NCBI GenBank assembly: GCA_002269645.1
Contig: NIVC01001315.1
Coordinates: forward strand, 1 to 64,000
DNA: 64,000 nucleotides
Source of the DNA: Macrostomum lignano
Taxonomy: Eukaryota
Reading direction: 5' to 3'
This document shows positions 36,805 to 47,910 of the stretch, piece by piece (within the stretch, counting starts at the first letter, position 1; each line of letters opens with the position of its first letter). The notes beneath the pieces were generated by a model. The model was not told the origin of the DNA. It did no database searches and worked only from the letters and a program-made list of their open reading frames with translations. The position numbers were made by a program, and so were the translations under genes.

Positions 36805-37665
36805 GGAGCGCCCGGAGGCGGAGGCTGGCTTGCGCCGGTAAAGGCAGCAGGCGACCCCGAGGGCGACCAGCAGGGCGAGGATGACCAAGCCGCAGGCGGG
36901 CAGCACAGTGATGAGGATCACATTTGAGTCCTCCGAGCCGCCAAGGGCGACGTCCGAGGTGCCGACGAGGCCCCCGCCGCCGCCGCGACTGCCGCGGTTG
37001 TCGGGCAGGCGACCGGGCTCCACAACGCGGCCTCTGGGGCCGAGCCGCATGGCCAGCTTGTGCCGCCGCTTGATGCCGGCCCAGTCCAGCCGGCGGCACT
37101 CGCCGAACAGCAGCTCGTAGGTGCCCTGCAGCAGGATGTGGTGCGACTTCAGCACCGTCTCCAGGTGGCGTTGGATGTGGGAGCGCAGCAGCATGAGCTC
37201 GTCTACTGGGCAGCTGGTGTTGAGCCGCAGCTGCCGCTCCCGGCTCAGCTCCTTGTTGGCCTCCAGATAGGCCCAGGTCACCGTCAGATTAAACCTGCGG
37301 GAAGCGTGCGGTATTAGGTAGGCAAGTAGATAGTTGGGTGGGTAGTTTGTAGATTGGCTTGGCTAGCAGCTTGAAACTCACATGGCGGGCTGCGACATCC
37401 GCAGGTGCATGAAGTCCCTGGCCCGCAGCTGCAGGTAGATGCTCTCCCCTGACATAACGGCGCTGAGCATCTCGTAGAGCCGCCTGAAATATTCGTGCAG
37501 CCCGCTGCCGTCCCGTCTGGTGAGCGACGAGTCGGCGCTGATGGTGGTGACGACCTGGTGGTGCCGGAACTGGTGGTCCAGGCTGGCTACCGTCACGAGC
37601 AGCTCCACCTGCACCTGGAGGGAAAGGGAGACCAGGGCATAGGCGTGACATACAGACAGACAGAC

Positions 37666-37736
<71 letters not shown>

Positions 37737-37737
37737 T

Positions 37738-37786
<49 letters not shown>

Positions 37787-37836
37787 GAGGCAGACAGACA
37801 TACAGACAGAAAGACAGACAGACAGACAGACAGATC

Positions 37837-37930
<94 letters not shown>

Positions 37931-40900
37931 TCGACAGACAGACATACAGACAGGCAGACAGACAGTAAATACACTCACAGACTGGCTGCTGTTAACGTCA
38001 GTCACGAGCACCACAAAGCGATTCTCTCCAACATCGTCCTCGAACGGGATGCCCTCGAATCGCAGAGCCGCCGAGTTCCAAGCGATGAAGCCGCTGCGCA
38101 GCAGGCAGGCGCCGGCAAGCACCTGACGTGTATTATAGAGATACATAAATTCCGGTACGAATGTCTCGATTTTACTACTTTGAAAGCCTTATGCAGTAGT
38201 GTGAGCTGATGAGTACTGAAACAATAGGCACATCACATTGAAAAAGCGCTGGCGCACCTGGGTGCACAGCTGCATGTGCAGCACAGTCAGGTTCTTCCGG
38301 CCGCTGGCATCCGTGACGCAGTTGGGCCGCCGCAGCGGCCGGTAGAAGGCCTGACCGGCGTACACAGTGAACGGCATCAGGCAGTAACGGCCGCCGCCCA
38401 GGCTAGGCGGCAGGGTTGCGTAGTTCACGCGGAGCGCCGGCGCCGGGTGCGGCGTTGGCTGCAGCGCCGTCTGGACGTCCGTCGGCGGCTTCGGTGGCAA
38501 AGTCGGTGCGGCGTTGCACTGGCTGGAATAGTAGAGCTTCCTGTGGGATGGAATGAGTGAGTGAGAACATTAGTGTGTGAGAGTGAGTCATTGAGTGAGT
38601 GAGTGAGTGAGTGATTGAGTGAGTGAGTGAGTGATTGAGTGAGTGAGTGAGTGAGTGAGTGAGTAAGTGAGTGAGTGAGTGAGTGAGTGAGTGAGTGAGT
38701 GAGTGAGTGAGTGAGTGAGTTCGAGTGAGTGACTGAGTTAGCGAGTGGGAGTGATTGAGTGAGTAAGTGAGTGAGTGAGTGAGTGATTGAGTGAGTGAGT
38801 GAGTGAGTGAGTTAGTGGGTGAGTGAGTGAGTGAGTGAGTGAGTGAGTGAGTGAGTAAGTGAGTGAGTGAGTGAGTGAGTGAGTGAGTGAGTGTGTGAGT
38901 GAGTGAGTGAGTGAGTGAGTGAGTGAGTGAGTGAGTGAGTGAGTGAGTGAGTAAGTGAGTGAGTGAGTGAGTGAGTGAGTGAGTGAGTGAGTGAGTGAGT
39001 GAGTGAGTGAGTGAGTGAGTGACTGAGTGACTGAGTTAGCGAGTGGAAGTGAGTGAGTGATGGAGTAAGTGAGTGTGAGTGAGTGAGTGTGTGAGTGAGT
39101 GAGTGAGTGAGTGAGTGAGTGAGTGAGTGAGTGACTGAGTGACTGAGTTAGCGAGTGGGAGTGAGTGAGTGATGGAGTAAGTGAGTGAGTGAGTGGATGG
39201 CATTAGCTAAATTTACATATCAGCCATACGAAACAAAAATTGCTAGTGCATGACTGATTTAGAAAGCGCCCACCTCATGAAGCTGTAGTCCGGCCTGCTC
39301 GTGCAGGTGTCCAGAGGGGTGACAGTCAGGTCGGTGGGCTGCAGCGGCAGCAGGATGGCCGAGAATTCTGGCCGGGGCCTCTTCGGCCGGTCGGGACAGT
39401 GCAGGTACATGGCCTTGGCCAGCTCGATGATGGACATGCGCGGGCAGTAGAGTCGGCCGTAGTTCCTGGTGTAGCCGAAGTCGAATTGCAGGCTGCGCGA
39501 GGTGCCAGCAGGGCGGAGCAGCCGGCGCAGGTGGATCTGGCTGTCGATGCGGTAGGTGGAGTTGAACACGGAGGCCAAGAAGAAGTCGTTCAGCCGGCTC
39601 ACAGTGCTGTACAGCAGCGCCGTGCTGCTGGTCAGCCTGTCGATGTACTCAGAGGGCCCGTCAACGAACAGAGTGTAGACGTGGTTCACCCACTCCGGCT
39701 TCACGTAGTTCTGATTGATCTCCACCGCAGCGCGGATGCTGCTGGCCTTGCCGTACCTGGGCCGGGCGGGGCGGATATCCATTTTTAGGAGGCACTGAAG
39801 ATCACGTGACTGATCCGGACACTCCTGACTACCCAGACATTCCTGACTAACCCAGCACTCCTGACTACCCGGACACTCCTGGCTACCCGGACACTCCTGA
39901 CTACCCAGACACTCCTGACTACCCAGACACTCCTGACTACCCAGACACTCCTGACTACCCAGACACTTCTGACTACCCAGACACTCCTGAGTACCCAGAC
40001 ACTCCTGAGCACCCAGTCTGGGCTACCTGGACACTCCTGACCACCCAGTCTTGACTACCTGGACACTCCTGACTACCCGGACACTCCTGACTACCCAGAC
40101 ACTCCTGACTACCCGGACACTCCTGACTACCCAGACACTCCCGAGTACCCAGACACTCCTGAGCACCCAGTCTGGGCTACCCGGACACTCCTGACCACCC
40201 AGTCTTGACTACCCGGACACTCCTGACTACCCAGACACTCCTGACTACCCAGACACTCCTGACTACCCGGACACTCCTGACTACCCAGACACTCCTGACT
40301 ACCCGGACACTCCTGACTACCCAGACACTACTGACCACCCAGTCTTGGCTGCCCAGACACTCCTGACTACCCAGACACTCCTGACTACCCGGACACTCCT
40401 GACTACCCAGACACTTCTGACTACCCAGACACTCCTGAGTACCCAGACACTCCTGAGCACCCAGTCTGGGCTACCTGGACACTCCTGACCACCCAGTCTT
40501 GACTACCTGGACACTCCTGACTACCCGGACACTCCTGACTACCCAGTCCTGGCTACCCAGACACTCCTGACTACCCAGACACTATTGACCACCCAGTCTT
40601 GGCTACCCGGACACTCCTGGCTACCCAGACACTCCTGATTGACTACCCAGACACTCCTGATTGACTACTCAGATCCTCCTGACTACCCAGACACTACTGA
40701 CCACCCAGTCTTGGCTACACAGACATTTCAAAATCGCTTTCAGTCTTGCGACAACAAAGGCATATTAGTTTGAATCTCACTTGCTAATCCCAACAACAAA
40801 GACCTCCATGCTGATGATTGGCCCGACACTGTCATCTCTCTGCCAGACCAGGCCGTACAAAGACCCAGAAGTCCGGTTGAACTGCACGCTGGAATTGACT

Positions 40901-43900
40901 GCAAAGTCTTTGCTGCAGTCGTCGGGAACCAGAGAGACACACACGGTCAGGTTCTGCTCTGAGGCGTCTGCGAAGAAGCGGTCCGGGCGGATGACCTGGC
41001 GGTGAGAAATGGAAAATACGCGGTTCTAGGAAATAACATCACAGACCGAAAACGAGTGATTCTAAGAAACTGCAAATAAGTGATTCTAGGAAACTGCAAA
41101 TGAGTGATTCTAGGAACCTGCAAATGAGTGATTCTAGGAAACTGCAAATGAGTGATTCTAGAAAACTGCAAATGAGTGATTCTAGGAACCTGCAAATGAG
41201 TGATTCTAGGAAACTGCAAATGAGTGATTCTAGGAACCTGCAAATGAGTGATTCTAGGAAACTGCAAATGAGTGATTCTAGGAACCTGCAAATGAGTGAT
41301 TCTAGGAACCTGCAAATGAGTGATTCTAGGAAACTGCAAATGAATGACTCTAGGAACCTGCAAATGAGTGATTCTAGGAAACTGCAAATGAATGACTCTA
41401 GGAAACTGCAAATGAGTGATTCTAGGAACCTGCAAATGAGTGATTCTAGGAACCTGCAAATGAGTGATTCTAGGAAACTGCAAATGAATGACTCTAGGAA
41501 CCTGCAAATGAGTGATTCTAGGAACCTGCAAATGAGTGATTCTAGGAACCTGCAAATGAGTGATTCTAGGAACCTGCAAATGAGTGTTTCTAGGAAACTG
41601 CAAATGAATGACTCTAGGAACCTGCAAATGAGTGTTTCTAGGAAACTGCAAATGAATGACTCTAGGAACCTGCAAATGAGTGATTCTAGGAAACTGCAAA
41701 TGAATGACTCTAGGAACCTGCAAATGAGTGATTCTAGGAACCTGCAAATGAGTGTTTCTAGGAAACTGCAAATGAATGACTCTAGGAACCTGCAAATGAG
41801 TGTTTCTAGGAAACTGCAAATGAATGACTCTAGGAACCTGCAAATGAGTGATTCTAGGAAACTGCAAATGAATGACTCTAGGAACCTGCAAATGAGTGAT
41901 TCTAGGAAACTGCAAATGAATGACTCTAGGAACCTGCAAATGAGTGATTCTAGGAAACTGCAAATGAATGACTCTAGGAAACTGCAAATGAGTGATTCTA
42001 GAAAAGTGCAAATGGGTGATTCTAGAAAATGGCAAATGAGTAATTCTAGGAAACTGCAAACGAGTGATTCTAGGAAAGTGTAAGTGAGGGATTCTAGGAA
42101 ACTGCAAGCGAGTAATTCTATTTACGAAATTTTAAATACGATGATTTTAATAAAGTGCAAAGTAGATTCAAGCGTACTTTCTACTCGGAAATTCTTTAAA
42201 GGAACAAAAACTCGACTCCACTCTAGTCACCTCGCTGAACGGCAGGCCCAGGCTGAAGCTGAAAGTCTGCTGCTGCGGCAGCGGCACCGGTGGCAGCGGC
42301 TCGGGCACGCGCACGTTGAAGCCGATGAAGATCCTGGCGCCCGCCCTGTCCTCCACCACCAGGCGGCAGCTCAGCGCCACGCCGATGTGCCGGCGCGTCG
42401 GCCGGCCAACCAACTGCAGCTTGGCGGGGTCGTAGCGGCCAAAGTCTGACAGGCTGTTCAACGTGCCGCAGTTCTGCACGGAGCTCGCCAGCGCCTCCAG
42501 GCCGCGACCGGTAGCCCGCTCCAGCACGGTGTCCCTCGGCACCGGCACCCGGGTGACCTGGTCCACCGGGAACAGGTACTGCCGGCTGCCGAACTCCTGA
42601 TTGGCGCGGCGCAACGGCAGGCCGGGCGTTGTGGTTGTCGGCGGAGCAGTCGAACTTGTTAGACTAGTGAAAGTAGTTCGAGTGGGACTTTTAGGCTTAG
42701 GAGTTCCTAAGTCTGATCCCAAGCTCAAATCTGATCCCAAGCTCGAATCTGATCCCATGCTCGAATCCGATCCCATTCTCGAATCTGATCCCAAGCTCAA
42801 ATCTGATCCCATGCTCGAATCTCATCCCATGCTCGAATCCGATCCCATTCTCGAATCTGATCCCAAGCTCAAATCTGATCCCATGCTCGAATCTCATCCC
42901 ATGCTCGAATCTGATCCCATGCTCGAATCTGATCCCATGCTCGAATCTGATCCCAAGCTCGAATCTGATCCCAAGCTCGAATCTGATCCCATGCTCGAAT
43001 CTGATCCCAAGCTCGAATCTGATCCCAAGCTCGAATCTGATCCCATTCTCGAATCTGATCCCATGCTCGAATCTGATCCCATTCTCGAATCTGATCCCAT
43101 TCTCGAATCTGATCCCATTCTCGAATCTGATCCCAAGCTCGAATCTGATCCCATTCTCGAATCTGATCCCATGCTCGAATCTGATCCCATGCTCGAATCT
43201 GATCCCATTCTCGAATACCGGAAGGCACTCACCTGGCGGGATCAGTCGTGGGTGCCGATGGCAGTTCGATTGTTCGCACGGGGATGGTCGAACTGAAAAT
43301 TAATTATTAATACAGAATCGCAGTATAAAATAAAGGCATGGAAAGCATGTATAATCTCCCACCTGAATATTATGCACCCCAAATTACCCGGCCCAAGAAG
43401 GAGTTGATGCTGTTGTCCCGGCAGCGCCGCCGCCACCTGATAGGCCGACGCCGCCCGCGTACTGCGGCGGCAGGAAGGCCCCGGAGCCCTCAGCGTCCGC
43501 GGCGCCGACCCGGCCGGCCAGCAGCAGGTTGCCGGCGATGTCCCGGCGCAGGCGAATGCCAGCGGCTGGGGAGTCGCCGGGGCGCCAGTAGGCGGGCGAG
43601 TCCAGCCGGTCAGCCACGTACCACAGCAGCACTGGCCAGCCCGTCAGCTCGCCTGTCATCGCCAGCCGTTCCAGTCGCTCCAGCGCCAGCAGGTGGCGGG
43701 CATCGATGGAGCCGCAGCCCACCTGCCAGGTGACCAGGGCGCCAGCTGTTCGGCGCACGTTGGCGCTGCCAGGCCCGCTGGCTAGCATGTACAGCGGGGG
43801 CCGAGCCGCCTGGCCGCCGCTGACAGCGGTTCGATCGGGCGACACCTGGGCAGCGGAGTCCAGCGGCGAGCTTTGAGAGCGAACTTGCGTTGGGAGTTTG

Positions 43901-44996
43901 ATGCCCAACAAATTTGAATCCCTACCACCTGAATTCCACCACCTGAATCCTCACCACCTGAATCCCTACCACCTGAATCCCCACCACCTGAATCCCCACC
44001 ACCTGAATCTCTACCACCTGAATCCCCACCACCTGAATCCCCACCACCTTAATCCTCACCACCTGAATTCCCAACACCTGAAACCTCACCACCTGAATCC
44101 CTACTACCTGAATCCTCACCACCTGAATCCCCACCACCTGAATCACCACCACCTGAATCCTCACCACCTGAATCCCCACCACCTGAATCCCCACCATCTG
44201 AATCCCCACCACCTGAATCACCACCACCTGAATCCTCACCACCTGAATCCCCACCACCTGAATCCCCACCATCTGAATCCCCACCACCTGAATCCCCACC
44301 ACCTGAATCCCCACCACTTAAATCCTCACCATTTGAACCCTCATCATGTGAATCCTCAGCAGCTGAATTCCCACCTCTTGAATCCCCACAACATGAATCC
44401 CCTTCTCTGAATCCTCACCATGAATCTTCAACATGAATCCTCACCCCTACACTCCCAGCCCCCTAAAATCCCAATATCTGGGATCCAAATCGAATGGACT
44501 GCAAGCCCATCTCAGCCGGCCCCCAGCTCACCTCAAGCGACGCGATACGGACCCTCAGCCGCAGCGACAGGTCCCGCAGTAGGCGACAGAGCCCGGCCGG
44601 TCCCAGCTGGCGTGGGTCGGCGTCGACAAGCACAGCGGCCATGGTGGGGTGCCGCCAGGAGCAGCCGCCGGTGGCGTTGCCGGCAGCCGGGCCGTCCAGC
44701 ACCTCGACAGTGGCGCCCAGAGCCGGCACAAGGTGCACCCCGACATCCCCGGCAAGGGGGACGCCTTCAACAACGCCTAGACTGGAATTAAAGTACAGCC
44801 AGGCCGGCAGCGGAGACGGAACCTCGGTACGCGGCGGCGGCGGCGACGGTGGCCGACGGATGAAGACGCGGCCGACGCGAGCGCGAAGCCGCAATCCGCT
44901 CCCGCCAGAGCCGTCGGCTGTCGATGCGGCCACGAAGACGGACAGCAGCAGCGGCAGCGACAGGAGCAGCCGGAGCAGCCACGTCGCTGGCGGCAT
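35780..44996 (-). CDS. DAG1: Dystroglycan homolog, ~1225 aa
   Basis: Exons 44996-44532, 43845-43388, 43292-43233, 42663-42231, 40995-40804, 39794-39274, 38540-38258, 38122-37979, 37614-37382, 37294-36769, 36142-35780 (3678 nt, phases compatible). Signal peptide; [21 protein letters not shown]; S6-like [26 protein letters not shown]; furin-like RLRR; TM; tail [19 protein letters not shown]. The exon-4 acceptor is the least certain boundary. Confidence 0.85.
36185..36655. repeat. Pyrimidine-rich ~19-bp repeat (ccctatccccctctctctg)
   Basis: Direct reading. Confidence 0.9.
37648..37965. repeat. (GACA)n microsatellite
   Basis: Direct reading. Confidence 0.97.
38585..39195. repeat. (GAGT)n microsatellite
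   Basis: Direct reading. Confidence 0.97.
39815..40725. repeat. 18-bp minisatellite (gacactcctgactaccca)
   Basis: Direct reading. Confidence 0.93.
41054..42118. repeat. 24-bp minisatellite (aatgagtgattctaggaaactgca)
   Basis: Direct reading; roughly 44 units judged by length. Confidence 0.95.
42713..43215. repeat. 18-bp minisatellite (gctcgaatctgatcccat)
   Basis: Direct reading. Confidence 0.95.
43922..44420. repeat. 15-bp minisatellite (ccacctgaatcccca)
   Basis: Direct reading. Confidence 0.93.
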
Positions 44997-45076
44997 TGCC
45001 AGACGCGGGGCGGACTTTGGAGAGGCTGCGCCTGGATGGAGATGGTATGGTAGGGTTTGACAGGTGTGGGTACCAA

Positions 45077-45255
45077 TGAGACAAGTACCTATGAGACAAG
45101 TACCCATGAGACAAGTACCCATGAGACAAGTACCCATGAGACAAGTACCCATGAGACAAGAACCCATGAGACAAGTACCCATGAGACAAGTACCTATGAG
45201 ACAAGTACCCATGAGACAGGTACCCATGAGACAAGTACCCGTGAGACAAGTACCA
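45077..45255. repeat. 15-bp minisatellite (gagacaagtacccat)
   Basis: Direct reading. Confidence 0.93.
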
Positions 45256-45939
45256 ATGTGGCAGATATCCACTCAGACAAATAGGAGACAAATAACCACG
45301 CGAAAAGGACAGCAACTAAACAGCAAAAACGGCTGAAGTTAATAAGGCCGACAGTAATGCCGAGCTGAATGAGCAGGGAACGTGCTGAGCATGAAATTTT
45401 AATCGAAAAAAACTTGTTTTTCGCGGTCTTCTAAATAAAAAGTAAAAACAATCAGCAATTTTAAATCAATAGGCTCAGAGAAATCTAAAATATGAAATAA
45501 ATAAGTCGCCTCTTAGCTTGAGAACACGCCGGCGCGTCTCCAAAGCTCCTTAAAGCAATAAATCTCTGCGCGGAATAAAAACTGCTAGCGAAGTCGCGGA
45601 TGCTGAAAATTTCATTCAAAAAAGATTTTTGCGCCGGAGAGCCAAGAGTTCAGCTCAGCTGCGTGGGCGAGTAGAGCCGGCAGGGGACCGGGAGAACGAT
45701 AGAGATGAGGGGGTGGCGACGGGACTGCAGACTTGAGCCAAGCCGGCTCCCGTGGGGAATTCAATAGACAGATCGGCCCCATGGCGGGATGAAGGGGGAA
45801 TGGGGAGAGCAACGAGGCTCAGATGCGAGCAACAAGACAGAAGGATTCGAACAAGGAAGATTCACTGTGACTGAAGCCAGCGAACAACGACAGCGGTCTA
45901 CTGGTCAGCGATCAGTCCCAGTCAGAGGCTTGAAGCTGT

Positions 45940-46710
45940 CAGACCAGAGCCCTGTGGCTTGGAGTGGGAGGCAGACCAGAGCCCTGTGGCTTGGAGTGGG
46001 AGGCAGACCAGAGCCCTGTGGCTTGGAGTGGGAGGCAGACCAGAGCCCTGTGGCTTGGAGTGGGAGGCAGACCAGAGCCCTGTGGCTTGGAGTGGGAGGC
46101 AGACCAGAGCCCTGTGGCTTGGAGTGGGAGGCAGACCAGAGCCCTGTGGCTTGGAGTGGGAGGCAGACCAGAGCCCTGTGGCTTGGAGTGGGAGGCAGAC
46201 CAGAGCCCTGTGGCTTGGAGTGGGAGGCAGACCAGAGACCGGTGGCTTGGAGTGGGAGGCAGACCAGAGCCCTGTGGCTTGGAGTGGGAGGCAGATCAGA
46301 GCCCTGTGGCTTGGAGTGGCAGCTGCAGAGTTCACGCTGGCAGGGGGGGGGGGCAGACGAGAGCTCGCAGGCTTGGAGTGGCAGCTGCAGAGTTCACGCT
46401 GGCAGGGGGGGGGCAGACGAGAGCTCGCAGGCTTGGAGTGGCAGCTGCAGAGTTCACGCTGGCAGGGGGTGGGGGCAGACGAGAGCTCGCAGGCTTGGAG
46501 TGGCAGCTGCAGAGTTCACGCTGGCAGGGGGTGGGGGGCAGACGAGAGCTCGCAGGCTTGGAGTGGCAGCTGCAGAGTTCACGCTGGCAGGGGGGGGCAG
46601 ACGAGAGCTCGCAGGCTTGGAGTGGCAGCTGCAGAGTTCACGCTGGCAGGGGGTGGGGGGCAGACGAGAGCTCGCAGGCTTGGAGTGGCAGCTGCAGAGT
46701 TCACGCTGGC
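45940..46710. repeat. Compound array: 32-bp units followed by ~60-bp units
   Basis: gaccagagccctgtggcttggagtgggaggca, then gcttggagtggcagctgcagagttcacgctggcagg(n)cagacgagagctcgcag. Confidence 0.93.
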
Positions 46711-47344
46711 ACGCTGGCAGGGGACAGGCAGGGGCGGGAAGCTCAGACTTACACCAGCAAATCGCTGCAGCTGCGGACTCGCAGATTGAGCAGAGAGAGC
46801 GGAGAGCTGGGGGCTGTGAAGGAAATTCAATTAGACTGAGCCGTCGAGAATTCGGCCGGACACTCTGAATGGGGACTCCAGGGGGGGGGGCTGAGCTGGG
46901 AATTTATGGCAGCGCTGCGACCCGGGCCGGGCAGGGATTTGAGTGAATGAGGCTGGAGAGGAGCGGAGATGAGGATGGACAGATAGAGATGGTCGCAGTG
47001 GATCGTGTGAGCAGGAGAATAAGAAGTATAGAGCCATGAAGGCAACAAGAGATTAGAGGAAAAGGGATTTATGGGCGAATTCAACTTAAAATTGGTAAGA
47101 GCAAGCAAAAGAGCGGGAGAGACCGCTGCCCTCCCCAGGAGTTTTAAGGCGAATAAAAGAGCTTGAATACAGTTATTATAAATCTGCAATAGTCGAATGA
47201 AGGGAAGATTGCCGCAGCCTTAGCAGCTAGTGGGGTTCTCGACTCTGGTCTCATGGTAACCGGACGGCTGGGGAATTAATGGAATCAGAAATGGGATTTC
47301 ATAGCCTAGGATTTAGGGAGTTGGCACATCGGATGCTTGGATTC

Positions 47345-47910
47345 AAGGGTTGGGATTTCAGGAGTTGGGAGTTCAGTGGTTGGGAGTTCAGGAATTGGGA
47401 GTTCAGGAATTGGGATTTCAGGAGTTGGGATTTCAGGGGCTGGGAGTTCAGGAGTTGGGAGTTCAGTGGTTGGGAGTTCAGTGGTTGGGAGTTCGCGAGT
47501 TGGGAGTTCAGGAGTTGGGAGTTCTGTGGTTGGGAGTTCATTGGTTGGGAGTTCAGGAGTTGGGAGTTCAGGAGTTGGGAGTTCAGTGGTTGGGAGTTCA
47601 GTGGTTGGGAGTTCAGTGGTTGGGAGTTCAGTGGTTGGGAGTTCAGGGGCTGGGAGTTCAGGAGTTGGGAGTTCAGGAGTTGGGAGTTCAGTGGTTGGGA
47701 GTTCAGTGGTTGGGAGTTCAGTGGTTGGGAGTTCAGTGGTTGGGAGTTCAGGGGCTGGGAGTTCAGGAGTTGGGAGTTCAGGAGTTGGGAGTTCAGTGGT
47801 TGGGAGTTCAGGAGTATGGAGTTCAGGAGTTGGGAGTTCAGGGGCTGGGAGTTCAGTGGTTGGGAGTTCAGTGGTTGCGAGTTCAGTGGTTGGGAGTTCA
47901 GGGGCTGGGA
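47345..47910. repeat. 15-bp minisatellite (tgggagttcagtggt)
   Basis: Direct reading. Confidence 0.95.

Noticed and set aside
40947-42107. 386-aa and 327-aa repeat ORFs on both strands
   Set aside because: Stop-free 24-bp repeat, out of frame with the dystroglycan exons.
620-44996. Functional glycobiology cluster (lectin + UDP-sugar transporter + dystroglycan)
   Set aside because: Interleaved with unrelated ACO2 and SHOC2; no evidence beyond thematic coincidence.
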